Numbered from the stretch's first letter, positions 50,609 to 62,679 are shown. The stretch: DNA of 64,000 bases from Macrostomum lignano (GCA_002269645.1 NIVC01003354.1:38634-102633), one strand, 5' to 3'. Numbers and translations are program-made. The notes: a model not told the origin generated them from the sequence alone.

Positions 50609-51338
50609 CTTTGCTCCATAAAGGGACGTAAAAAAACAATAGAGCTGAATTTAGCTGTGCTTATCTCGTGCGTGAATGAAAAACGAATAGGTTCAGACAA
50701 AACTTGTAAAAATGGTGGGGTCTCTCACTACCCAGGACTCGATCCAAGGACCTACAAGCTAGCATGTAATCCGGTCTATTTAGACTGATTTTCTTCTCCT
50801 AATACACCAGCCACTTAACAGGTAAATCTGCAACCTGAGCCAAGTAGTGTTTACCCCCCCCCCAGGGCCTCATCGCCAACCGCTGGACTGTTCGAATCCG
50901 GGCTATTTGCGGAGCCAGGCAGAAATCCTGGAATCCAGCCGGAGGCCGAACCACCAAAGTAATCCCAGGGCAGTAGGAGGAGAAGCAGGGAGTTCAGAGC
51001 GTCATTAATCACCGCTGCTGGTCCCTCATCTCTCTCTCTCTTTCACTATTTTAGTAGAAGGTAGCTAGTGCAGATTTCGCATTCAGAATCCCAGCATTAA
51101 TCACTGGGGGGGGGGGGGGGCAGAGACCTCGGCCGGACCCGATAATGCGCCCAGAATAGAGGGAGAAATAGAGGGCCAGCAAAGGGGACTTCGTACTCTA
51201 GGAGCGAAATGATAGACTGCCAGGCTTATGTATATGCGCGCGTGTATGCTCGACTATTCTGGCCAAGCTATTATTATCAATAATTGGCAAAGAAGAGCTG
51301 TCCGGCAGGCAGTCGGTAAAGTGCGCCGAGTTGTCAAA

Positions 51339-51416
51339 GGTTACGGCGAGGGGGGGGAGTAGCGCAGCGGTAACTCCCGCGCCAAACGGTCCTGGGTTCG
51401 ATTCCGTGCGTAGCCA
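51339..51416 (+). other. tRNA-like 78-nt element (rearranged pseudo-tRNA or Pol III-type RNA)
   Basis: GGTTACG (51339-45) pairs with CGTAGCC (51409-15). Contains an A-box-like TAGCGCAGCGG and a B box GGTTCGATTCC, but no recognisable anticodon arm and a mismatched T stem. Confidence 0.45.
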
Positions 51417-51614
51417 CATTAATTTTACAACCCTTGAGGGCCAGCCTTCAGAGAGTGTGCATGTCTGACGAGGAGAGAAGTCAGGCTGAGTGTGACACCG
51501 CGTGAGCGCGTCCTCTTGGCTGGCTGCATGTGGCCCAAAGCACCTCTGTGACCAGGTAACTAATGAAGGTTATGGCGAGTACCTGAAGCACCAGACAGAT
51601 TTCTGTGGACTCAC

Positions 51615-51701
51615 CAATCAACGGAAACGAGTCTGATGCCGATGGAGTCTGCTTCTCCAGCAGCAGCATCAATAGGAAGAAGGCAACGAATATGTTCATG
51701 C
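51615..51701 (-). CDS. nAChR exon 5 (M2 and M2-M3 loop)
   Basis: ccgcag|GC ATG AAC...ATT G|gtgagt; 87 nt. Translation GMNIFVAFFLLMLLLEKQTPSASDSFPLIG. Confidence 0.94.
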
Positions 51702-51714
51702 CTGCGGATGGGAA

Positions 51715-52095
51715 GTGTAGGGAATGGGATATGTAGGGAATGGGATATGTAGGGGATGGGAAATGTAAGGAATGGGATGTATAGGGAATGGGATATGTAG
51801 GGAGTGGGATATGTAGGGGATGGGATATGTAGGGGATGGGAAATGTAAGAAATGGGATGTATAGGGAATGGGATATGTAGGGAATGGGATATGTAGGGAA
51901 TGGGATATGTAGGGAACGGGATATGTAGGGAATGGGATATGTAGGGAATGGGATATGTAGGGAATGGGATATGTAGGGAACGGGATATGTAGGGAATGGG
52001 ATATGTAGGGAATGGGAAATGTAAGGAATGGGATATGTAGGGAATGGGATATGTAGGGAATGGGATGTATAGGTAATGGGATGTATAGGGAATGA
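51715..52095. repeat. Intronic minisatellite, 16 bp (gggaatgggatatgta)
   Basis: Fills most of intron 4, beginning ~12 nt from the acceptor. Confidence 0.96.
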
Positions 52096-52207
52096 GAAAT
52101 TTAGGGAAACTCAGAGAATAAAGAAAAGGGTAAAAGTAAGAAAATGAAAATCCTGGAAATAGTCAAAGTATAGGAAATTGTGCAGTCAAAGTCCCACAAT
52201 GCCTCAC

Positions 52208-52487
52208 CGAGCACCATCTTGGCCGGGGTCTCCGGAGGCAGCCAGAACAGGACCAGGGTCAGCGAGGACAGCAGGAAGCAGGGCAGGATAAGGATGAAAG
52301 TGTAAAATGCGGTAGACCGGCGAATCCAAATCCAGAATGTGATGTCAACGTAGGGCTCCGGGCAGCAGGGGTACACCTCCTCGTTGTACTTGGCCTTGTG
52401 GCTTAGGATTGTCCACTCGGGACTGTCGATCATCTCTCCAGGTCGAACTTCGTCATGTTGTGATAATACGAGATGTTCACTCGCCAG
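52208..52487 (-). CDS. nAChR exon 4 (loop F, loop C with vicinal Cys, M1, M1-M2 linker); one apparent frameshift near 52438
   Basis: ctcccgcag|C TGG CGA GTG AAC gives (G)WRVNISYYHNMTKFDL. After a 1-nt shift it reads EMIDSPEWTILSHKAKYNEEVYPCCPEPYVDITFWIWIRRSTAFYTFILILPCFLLSSLTLVLFWLPPETPAKMVLG|gtgagg. Confidence 0.93.
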
Positions 52488-52544
52488 CTGCGGGAGTTGA
52501 GCATCGGACTCAGAATTTAAATCCATTTCCCTTTTTGTCTCCGT

Positions 52545-53402
52545 TCTCACTGTCTCTTGGCTAGATCCACTAAATCTATCCTCACTGTCTCTTGGCTGGA
52601 TCTCTTCAATCTATTCTCACTGTCTCTTTTTGCTGGATCTCCTAAATCTATTCTCACTGTTTCTTAGCTGGATCTCTTCAATCTATTCTCACTGTCTCTT
52701 GGCTGGATATCTTCAATCTATTCTCACTGTCTCTTGGCTGGATCTCTTCAATCTATTCTCACTGTCTCTTGGCTGGATCTCCTAAATCTATTCTCACTGT
52801 CTCTTGGCTGGATCTCTTCAATCTATTCTCACTGTCTCTTTTTGCTGGATCTCCTAAATCTATTCTCACTGTCTCTTGGCTGGATCTCTTCAATCTATTC
52901 TCACTGTCTCTTGGCTGGATATCTTCAATCTATTCTCACTGTCTCTTGGCTGGATCTCTTCAATCTATTCTCACTGTCTCTTGGCTGGATCTCTTCAATC
53001 TATTCTCACTGTTTCTTAGCTGGATCTCTTCAATCTATTCTCACTGTCTCTTAGCTGGATCTCTTCAATCTATTCTCACTGTCTCTTGGCTGGATATCTT
53101 CAATCTATTCTCACTGTCTCTTGGCTGGATATCTTCAATCTATTCTCACTGTCTCTTGGCTGGATCTCTTCAATCTATCCTCACTGTCTCTTGGCTGGAT
53201 CTCTTCAATCTATTCTCCCTGTCTCTTGGCTGGATCTCTTCAATCTATTCTCACTGTCTCTTGGCTGGATATCTTCAATCTATCCTCACTGTCTCTTGGC
53301 TGGATATCTTCAATCTATTCTCACTGTCTCTTGGCTGGATCTCTTCAATCTATTCTCACTGTCTCTTGGCTGGATCTCTTCAATCTATCCTCACTGTCTC
53401 TT
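52545..53402. repeat. Intronic minisatellite, 35 bp (ttggctggatctcttcaatctattctcactgtctc)
   Basis: About 24 copies. Confidence 0.97.
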
Positions 53403-54164
53403 GGCCTTCTCCCATATCCTCTTGGATTCTCAAGTCAGTTTAATCTTGTCTCACTATCTCCTAGCTCCATCTCTTGTCTATTCTCCCTGCCTCGAAGTCT
53501 CATATCATGCTTCTAATCCCGCCCCAAATTCTCCCTATCTGCACGACCCTCAATCATATCGAAGCGTCAGCTCCCTTATCCCAAAACACTCTGTCCGCCC
53601 CATCTCCGTCTCCCCAGCGCAGCAAAACGAGTCGCAGTGGCAGCGATGCACGGCCGAGACAAAATCAGATTACTCAATCAGAATTATTCAATCTCTCTGT
53701 CGCTCCTCAGACTAAACTAGATTTCTTAGCGACGGGCCGCCGGCAAGCCGTTTAAGCCTGTACAGCCGAGCTCTGCTCGAATCGCTAAGCTAAAGAAAAG
53801 CTGGATTCTCAATTTGACCTGGACAGCTCAGCCTCAGGCAGCTCCAGGATCCTCGCCTGATGCCAAGGAGAGCTGGGGGCAAAGGCAGGAAGGGCCGCCT
53901 GTCCTGGGGGGGGGGGCTGGCATTTGGAGAGCGCAAATATTTGACTGGCAGGAGTCGACAAGGGCCCACCCAGCTCAGGAAATGCCCTCTTGTGAGCGCG
54001 CTCTGACACCTTCTATTGTGCTTTAGGCGCCTATTCATTATTATGTACACAGTAATCGCGACTGGGGAGTGCGAGGCGTTAGTCGGGGAGGGGGGGTTAC
54101 ACGCGAGAACTGCTGTTTGGCACTTGCAGTCGCTTGCGTGAGGAGCACGGAATTTTAGTGTGAG

Positions 54165-54630
54165 AACACCTAGTCACTCAGGACATTAGCTCTGAGAACA
54201 CCTAGTCACTCAGGACATTAGCTCTGAGAACACCTAGTCACTCAGGACATTAGCTCTGAGAACACCTAGTCACTCAGGACATTAGCTCTGAGAACACCTA
54301 GTCACTCAGGACATTAGCTCTGAGAACACCTAGTCACTCAGGACATTAGCTCTGAGAACACCTAGTCACTCAGGACATTAGCTCTGAGAACACCTAGTCA
54401 CTCAGGACATTAGCTCTGAGAACACCTAGTTACTCAGGACATTAGCTCTGAGAACACCTAGTCACTCAGGACATTAGCTCTGAGAACACCTAGTCACTCA
54501 GGACATTAGCTCTGAGAACACCTAGTCACTCAGGACATTAGCTCTAAGAACACCTAGTCACTCAGGACATTAGCTCTGAGAACACCTAGTCACTCAGGAC
54601 ATTAGCTCTGAGAACACCTAGTCACTCAGG
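54165..54630. repeat. Intronic minisatellite, 32 bp (gagaacacctagtcactcaggacattagctct)
   Basis: About 14 near-perfect copies, followed by a related ~38-bp triplication sharing ctgagaacac up to ~54708. Confidence 0.97.
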
Positions 54631-54731
54631 GCATAAACGCGCTCACATTGAGGCTAAGCCCTGAGAACACTCGCTCACATTGGGGCAAAGCCCTGAGAAC
54701 ACTCGCTCCCGTAAGAAAAACACCGACTCAC

Positions 54732-54905
54732 CCATCGTAGGTCCAAGGGCCGAACTTCAACCAGCAAACCTGCTTGTCGAATGGGAAAAACTTGATTTTA
54801 ATCTCGCAGGCGCTCTTGTAGATGGCCATTGGGTGCCACTCGACCAGCCCGGTGTAGTGCACCTTTGCTGCGACGTCCCGCCTCTCCTCTAGCCGTTCAT
54901 CGGCG
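54732..54905 (-). CDS. nAChR exon 3 (Cys-loop)
   Basis: ttccgcag|C GCC GAT...GAT GG|gtgagt; 174 nt. Translation (Y)[58 protein letters not shown], containing the C-x13-C Cys-loop and loop B W. Confidence 0.96.
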
Positions 54906-54944
54906 CTGCGGAACAGAGAAGTGACGATTTGGGTTGCGACGCTT

Positions 54945-56085
54945 GGGTTTTGAGGCTTGGGTTGTGAGGCCTGGGTTGTGACGCCTGGGTTGTGAGGCTT
55001 GGGTTGTGAGGAATGGGTTGTGAAGCTTGGGTTGTGATGAATGGGTTGTGAGGCCTGGGTTGTGAGGCTTGGGTTGTGAGGAATGGGTTGTGAAGCTTGG
55101 GTTGTGAGGAATGGGTTGTGAGGCTTGGGTTGTGAGGCTTGGGTTGTGAGGAATGGGTTGTGAAGCTTGGGTTGGGAGGAATGGGTTGTGAAGCTTGGGT
55201 TGTGAGGCTTGGGTTGTGAGGAATGGGTTGTGAGGCTTGGGTTGTGAGGCTTGGGTTGTGAGGCTTGGGTTGTGATGAATGGGTTGTGAGGCCTGGGTTG
55301 TGAGGCTTGGGTTGTGAGGAATGGGTTGTGAAGCTTGGGTTGTGAGGAATGGGTTGTGAAGCTTGGGTTGTGAGGCTTGGGTTGTGAGTAATGGGTTGTG
55401 AAGCTTGGGTTGGGAGGAATGGGTTGTGAGGCTTGGGTTTTGAGGCTTGGGTTGTGAGGCCTGGGTTGTGAGGAATGGGTTGTGAGGCTTGGGTTGTGAG
55501 GCCTGGGTTGTGACGCCTGGGTTGTGAGGCTTGGGTTGTGAGGAATGGGTTGTGAGGCTTGGGTTGTGAGGAATGGGTTGTGAGGCTTGGGTTGTGAGGA
55601 ATGGGTTGTGAGGCTTGGGTGGTGAGGAATGGGTTGTGATGCTTGGGTGGTGAGGCTTGGGTTGTGAGGAATGGGTTGTGAAGCTTGGGTTGTGAAGAAT
55701 GGGTTGTGAGGCTTGGGTTGTGAGGCTTGGGTTGTGAGGAATGGGTTGTGAAGCTTGGGTTGGGAGGAATGGGTTGTGAGGCTTGGGTTTTGAGGCTTGG
55801 GTTGTGAGGCCTGGGTTGTGACGCCTGGGTTGTGAGGCTTGGGTTGTGAGGCCTGGGTTGTGACGCCTGGGTTGTGAGGCTTGGGTTGTGAGGAATGGGT
55901 TGTGAGGCTTGGGTTGTGAGGAATGGGTTGTGAGGCTTGGGTTGTGAGGAATGGGTTGTGAGGCTTGGGTGATGAGGAATGGGTTGTGATGCTTGGGTGG
56001 TGAGGCTTGGGTTGTGAGGCTGGGTTGTGAGGAATGGGTTGTGAGGCTTGGGTGGTGAGGAATGGGTTGTGAGGAATGGGTTGTG
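54945..56085. repeat. G/T-rich 14-15 bp minisatellite (gggttgtgaggctt / gggttgtgaggaat)
   Basis: About 75 units. It produces the spurious 503-aa ORF that runs into exon 3. Confidence 0.96.
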
Positions 56086-56621
56086 AGAAATTAGTTGAGG
56101 GAGGGCAATTAAGCTTGGAGTTAAGGTCTGTGTGCATGCAGTGCAAGCATCTATTAAACTTCAGCTGGTGCCATTCAGTACAACCCAGAATGCGCGGCTG
56201 AAAGTGCTCCGATTCGGAAAATTCCGAATGAAGCTTCAAATACGGGAGTTGCCGCAGAAGAAAAGACGAACGAAACAGCTTGCGACAGAGTGAGCGAGCG
56301 AGTCAGCACTGTACTCTGGGGTGGGCGCCCAAGTGTGGCAGAGTCAGCTCAAGTGACAGGAAGTTTGCGCAGAAATCTGTGCTTTGCCACACCCCCCCCC
56401 AAGAGAGTTGGCCGGCTATATTGCACTGAGCAGCGCTCAAAGCAGTTCTCTCCCGGCTCTGTGGGCTCCGGCGATGGCAGTTTTAGCGCTCCGAGTCGTG
56501 AAAGAGGGCAGAGGAAGAGAAAGAATTGAGCTGCCGCCGCCTGCCAGCCCTCTATCTCAGCAATTTTCGCTTGAAGAAGCCGCAACCTCCCGGAGCCTTG
56601 CCCAGGGTCGCGTCTCTGACT

Positions 56622-56655
<34 letters not shown>

Positions 56656-56849
56656 AGACCGCCAAATTTCCTGAAGACGCGTGCATGACAGACACGACAG
56701 CTCCGGCTGGGCAGCACTGGGGACAGCTTCTCGCCCAGCTATGCCAAGTCAGGAGAGATGGCTGATAAAAATCTGTCTATCTATTATGGCTGACGTTCAG
56801 CTGATATTGGGACAGCTGTGCTGAGATATCTGTCTGCTTCAGCTGGGTA

Positions 56850-57478
56850 TAAACTGGACTCATCACTGCCGCTGACTCTCATCTCCCCAAACTGGACTCA
56901 TCACTGCTCTCATCTCCCCAAACTGGACTCATCACTGCTCTCATCTCCCCAAACTGGACTCATCACTGCCGCTGACTCTCATCTCCCCAAACTGGACTCA
57001 TCACTGCTCTCATCTCCCCAAACTGGACTCATCACTGCCTCTCATCTCCCCAAACTGGACTCATCACTGCCTCTCATCTCCCCAAACTGGACTCATCACT
57101 GCCTCTGAATGATGCCGCAGCTCTCATTCACTGGCACAGACTCTCCCATCCTCATGATGCCGCAGCTCTCATTCACTGGCACAGACTCTCCCATCCTCAT
57201 GATGCCGCAGCTCTCATTCACTGGCACAGACTCTCCCATCCTCATGATGCCGCAGCTCTCATTCACTGGCACAGACTCTCCCATCCTCATGATGCCGCAG
57301 CTCTCATTCACTGGCACAGACTCTCCCATCCTCATGATGCCGCAGCTCTCATTCACTGGCACAGACTCTCCCATCCTCATGATGCCGCAGCTCTCATTCA
57401 CTGCACAGACTCTCCCATCCTCATGATGCCGCAGCTCTCATTCACTGGCACAGACTCTCCCATCCTCATGATGCCGCA
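56850..57478. repeat. Two abutting minisatellites: 32 bp (ccccaaactggactcatcactgcctctcatct) then 45 bp (atgatgccgcagctctcattcactggcacagactctcccatcctc)
   Basis: Direct inspection; switch at ~57107. Confidence 0.95.
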
Positions 57479-57947
57479 AAGCAGTTTCCAACTTTGTCAT
57501 GAATCGCTGAATAAAGCAGAATCGTCATCAAGTTTTCCTCCATCTGACTGCTCTTCAAGACATTGCTCAGACAGCAACGCTGGCTTCTGCTCTTCCAAGG
57601 CTGCCACCAAACCCGGCAAAACAGCCAACAAAATCCTGCGCTGCCCAGCGCGCAGTCGTACAACACAGCCTGGTGTGTAAGCCAACCACAATGCTGAATA
57701 AATGCATGAGAATCAGCCAACTACGAGTATCTGTGCTGCTCCATTTGCCTATCTTCTACGTATCTCTCCCGCTAACTCCGCTGGATTGTGGCGAGTGGGG
57801 GAGGATGCTGAGGTCATATTTTCAAGCCGCATAGCTACTCCCGGCTCATTAATGATTCATGCGCGGAGAGCAGCTCATGCAGTTCTCAATAGGGATACTG
57901 AAAGCGCCATCGCTGGCCCCAAAGCCTCCCAGTCAGCGGTCACTTAC

Positions 57948-58057
57948 TAGTTGTATAGCGCAATGTCGGGTAGCCAGATGTCCTTGGTGGGTATGTGTAC
58001 AAACATGATGCCATCCTCGTCTTCGGGCTCCCAGCGCAGATGGTAGTCGGTCCACTC
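57948..58057 (-). CDS. nAChR exon 2 (loops D and A)
   Basis: taatccgcag|GAG TGG...AAC TA|gtaagt; 110 nt. Translation EWTDYHLRWEPEDEDGIMFVHIPTKDIWLPDIALYN (W.D..L.W and IW.PDI.LYN motifs). Confidence 0.96.
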
Positions 58058-60982
58058 CTGCGGATTAGGAATAGGAGATTGCGGGTTTAGATAGAAATTC
58101 TAGCAACTAAATTTTGTTTGGGATAAGCCTGCATTATCGGCTTCCAAGTGTCAGTGTGGAACTATTGCTCCCAAGAAGTTCTGTCCGAGATGGGACTGTG
58201 TAATCGAATGCATGCATAATGACACAGTGTCTGATGAAGGGATTAATGCATCAAAAAGATGCTGCGCGGAAGTCCGCTGTCCAGACCAGACGCCTACTAG
58301 AGAGAGAAAAAACAACCATCTTTGCACTTGTTCCGACTTCAGATCCGTGGCACAATTACTAGGGGGGGGGGGGTATTATGCTTCACCCATCACGCGGGTG
58401 AAGGCGAGAGATAGAGAGAGATGCTCAGCTCAGGACAGTTCGCGGTAGTTCCCGCCAGCCAAGTGTGAGATCCAGCGCACTGGGGGCAGTCGGTCAGCGG
58501 TGCAGGGTGTGAAAGAGAGAGCAGAGTGGGGGACAGTAAGCGAGCGAGCTCGATCGCCGCCTGCCAGCAGCCAAGGCGCCCACAGGCATGCAAGCGGTGG
58601 CCGGAGAGGAAGAAAGATGCCAAAAAAGCGGGGCGGCAGCAGCAGCCGAGGGCCGGGGGGCACGCGAGAGTGCAGCAGCAGCTGCACGCGGACTCCCTCC
58701 TCTAACCGAACCCTCCGACATTGTGGCCTGACAGTGTCTCCCAGCCAGCCCCAACACAGTCCCGTGGGCGCCACCGGGTCCGGCAGACGCCCCATCACGC
58801 CTTCATTCATTTCCTTCGCCTTCCCTCTCTCGGCTCCATTCTTCTCTTGGAACCCGTCCTCGCCTCTCACTCTCACTCTCTCTCTCTCTCTCTCGCGCCC
58901 CATTGGCGGCACTCGACGAACAGCGAACGGAAATCCAATTATGACTTCATTAGGACCAAATGGCCCGCCGCAGCGGGAGTCTCCGCTAGGGCGACACCCC
59001 GCTTTTATGCGTGTTGGGCACCACGTCAAGCCTGTCTACATCTCTCTATCTATCTGTCTCTATCTGTGTATCGAGGGGGGGGGGTGGGATTGCGGGGAAA
59101 AAGTAGGGAAAAATTTTCCTCTCACAAGGGATGATGATTTCGCGCCCCAGCGGCGTGTTTCTCCGGCGCCGTCTGCCTCTCTCTCTTGCTCCGTCCAACT
59201 TTCCTTTATTTCCTCAAGCCCTCCCCGGCTCTCTTGTCAACCGCTATCCCCTCACTTTTCCCAATTGATTATTCCTCGGGGCGGACATCTGCAACTGCCG
59301 AGGCTTATGGCCTCCAATAATGCCAAAAGTGATAGAAATGAGGTTGGGACAAGACCTGCACGCCCAGACCTGCCAGCAAGCTTTACTTGAGGATTTAGAT
59401 TAGAAAAAACCACCCACTTCTTAACCCAACCACTTGGCCAATGCAGACTCTCATTCTTCATCAGTTTGTTTCCTGATCTACACCGAAGCCTCGGCTCTTC
59501 CTACGCCCCCCCCCATGGCCAGACTCCGGCGCCGCCGCAGCTTAGATAGATGATGAAGATATCAGCTGGCCCCAGAATCTGTCAGGTGTGCGCTGCCTGT
59601 GTGTATTTTGCAGCAGAGAGATCCCACGGACCAGGTGGGAGCGAGAGAAGTAAGAAAAAAGGCCCTGGTCATAGTCGTGTAAACACGAACCGGCAACGCA
59701 CAGTTGACTGCGTATGCAGGCTTCGGAGTGCCTGCCTGTTCGAGCGTTCTCTGAACCTCCCTCTCTCCCCCCTCTCTCTCCCCTATCGGCTTCCCGAATT
59801 GCAGCAACTTCTTCTGTATTTTTAATACAGCCGCTAGGATCTTGATTACGATATTAGAGCGTTGGCTGGGGGGGGGGCATAAAACTATTATTAAAATGTT
59901 CAGCTTAGACCAGATTGGTAGCGCAGAGCAGAGAGCGAGTGGATTTGGATTACTGCACCCCCCTGTTCGGGGAATGGTAGGGACTCAGAATTGGCTTCTC
60001 AAAACGGAGTCCCCTCGGCCTGTACTGGGCATGCATGCAGTTCTGAAGTTACTTATTTTTTTGTAGCGAAGTCTCCACAAAATCCAGTTTTCCTTATTAG
60101 TTTCCAACTGCAGTCTCTCTCGCATTCATTCATTTTACACCCCCTTATACGAGCGTTCAATGGTGCAAGCAGTGTTGCCGGGAGCCTTCATTCTCCCAAA
60201 TTACCGATCACGCCCTGTCTGTCCGTCCGTCCGTCTCTCTTTCTGTCGCACAGCAGGTCCCGCTGACACACAAAAGCCGCCCACTGCATTAAGGGGGAAG
60301 CATTCAACTTGAACTTGACAACCGTCTCCCGCGCTCTCTCAATGTATTTCTGGCAGCTTTTTTGCTGCAACAAACACCCGCCTCTGTAGAAGCCTCTCTT
60401 CTAGAGGAAAGAGCAGTTGTTTGTGAACTGAGCTTTTGCTTCCTGACTCCATGCTGCCGCGCATGCGGATGCACGTATGGCTGTAGCTGGTGTGGCGCGT
60501 AAACCGCTTAGCATTGTGTCAGGATGCTTTGGAGTTAGGGATGAGTAAAAAGGCATGTATCTCCCTTATACCTGGCTGCTGTGTATGCTGTGAGCTCATT
60601 TCAACTAGTCATTAAGCTCAGAGTATGCATAAAGATACAGTGAGCAATCAGTTAGAGCAATAGGCCATGAGGCATTGCACTATTGAGAGCAGGCACAGCA
60701 AGAGCTGCTGACAGAATTGATGAAAGCAATTTGAAATTTGCCAGCATGCAGAACCGGCGCACTGTTCGTCAAAAATAACTACAGCGGGCCTGTCTGTCAG
60801 GTCTATTACAAATTTATAGCAAACTGACAATTGCAACAGCGGTTGTTCAGAGATGCGATAGAAGAGAGCAGAGCCTCACTTCTTGATAAGATAAAGATGA
60901 AGTACTGATCTCAAGAATCTTTTGCCTTGTCGTCACTTTTCCGCACTTTCTGTCAGCTGCTTTCCCTACTTGTTTTTTTCAG

Positions 60983-61094
60983 CCCTCACCCTAACCCTCA
61001 CCCTAACCCTCACCCTAACCCTCACCCTAACCCTCACCCTAACCCTCACCCTAACCCTCACCCTAACCCTCACCCTAACCCTCACCCTAACCCT
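60983..61094 (-). repeat. Interstitial telomere-variant repeat, strictly alternating (TTAGGG TGAGGG) x ~9 on the minus strand
   Basis: Plus strand (ccctca ccctaa)n. Confidence 0.95.
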
Positions 61095-61594
61095 AGCTGA
61101 GGAGTATCATAAGAGCCCCGGTGAAAAGGGGAACTGAAGGAATCTGAGCCGTTTTGCCTCATCCTCGGCAGCTAACAGGTAACCCTATAGCCAGTCGATT
61201 TTCAATCTTTTTTAGCAAACTACCCTTAATAAATTGAGCCCTGCCGCCTGGAGACAAAATTTGAGTCAAGCAAGCCAGTTCAATTCGCACTGAAGCTTAA
61301 TAAAAGATGCGATTAAATTCAATGGGAAAGGAATCATCTATCTGGTCGCCTGATTTGTTTTAATCAGAGGCGAGTTGCGCAGTTTTAATTTGATTAATTA
61401 AGAGGCTGGTCTGTGCTGTGCTGCTCCAATTTCCTTTTTTTGGCAAAATTGAAAGCTGAAACAGGAGCTGCCAATTTCTACGAGGCTGTAAAACAATGAA
61501 CCGGAAAGTGAGGCTTCGATTGAAACTCAGAAAAGAGGAGAGGAGAATGAATAGAAGGTAGAGTAAAGAGTTCAAAAGGGGAGTAGAACGATGA

Positions 61595-61800
61595 GAGGGG
61601 AGAGTAGACAATTCTGAAGGGAGAGTAGACAATTCAGAGGGGAGAGTAGACAATTCTGAGGGAGAGTAGACAATTCTGAAGGGAAAGCAGACAATTCAGA
61701 GGGGAGAGTAGACAATTCAGAGGGAGAGTAGACAATTCAGAGGGAAGAGTAGACAATTCAGAGAAAGGGGTAAAGAATTGGGATTGGAGAGTAGAAAATT
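61595..61800. repeat. Intronic minisatellite, ~20 bp (gggagagtagacaattcaga)
   Basis: About 8 copies. Confidence 0.9.
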
Positions 61801-61956
61801 CAGAGAGGAGAGTAGAGCGATGAGAGGGAGAGTAGATAACTAAGAGGAAGAGACGAGACAGGACAGTAAAGAGGAAAGTATAAGTAGGCTATAGGTGTGA
61901 GACCTGAATAACATGCAACGAGCTAAATTTGAAAGCAGAATGTAGCGAGCACTCAC

Positions 61957-62303
61957 ATAAAGCGATATCATGCTAGTGGTGAGAACCTGCTCCATCTCAT
62001 CCAGATCGAGAATCTGTACCAGCCTGAGTCCGAACTCAACCGTGACCTGCTGGATCGGTATAGTCGACGAGTTTGCGTGCTTTTCCTTGCGTCGCTCAAT
62101 TTTAGGCGTGCCGTACTAGGCGGGTCGGCGTCAATCACCGGCCGGCTCTTCTTGTCGTAGTGCTGCAACAGCTGCTTGATGAGGTTCTTCTCCGCCATTT
62201 TCATCTGCGGCTGGCCGAGCGCCGACACGGCTGTTAGAATTGGCTGCCTCGGCGCCCACTGGCACAGCAGGAGGAGAGCTGCGGGCAGGAGGCGGGAGGC
62301 CAT
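61957..62303 (-). CDS. nAChR exon 1 (signal peptide, N-terminal helix, beta1-2); one apparent frameshift near 62111
   Basis: MASRLLPAALLLLCQW...AEKNLIKQLLQHYDKKSRPV. After a 1-nt shift it reads TPKIERRKEKHANSSTIPIQQVTVEFGLRLVQILDLDEMEQVLTTSMISLY|gtgagt (V.FGL.L.QILDLDE..QVLTT motif). Confidence 0.9.
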
Positions 62304-62679
62304 CGAGCTTGCGCCAATCGATATTAGTTGGGATTGAGGATTAATCGGGGGTCAAAGAGCGATGGAGCATTAGCAGCGAAGTCTGCTTTGTGAAACTGAG
62401 ACTGAGACTGAGAGAGAGAGAGACCTAACCAATCTGTAATAGAAGCTCGCCTTTCAAGGAAACAGCAGCAATCGATGTTAGTTAGTGCCGCCTGCAGCTT
62501 AAACAGCATCTGGGTGTCGCTTTCGCGCCCATCTGCTCGATAGTGGGGGGGGGAGATTACCACCGACAGGACGTAGCCAGGGAGTGAATTGATTCTGCAG
62601 CTGATGCCGGATCCTTACGCTAGGAGAGGAGCGCCTTGTGAGATTACTGTAGACTTTCGTCGCTTTGTTGAGCCTTTAG

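Noticed and set aside
54728-56239. 503-aa ORF
   Set aside because: All but the last ~58 codons are minisatellite translation; the true exon starts at the acceptor at 54905.
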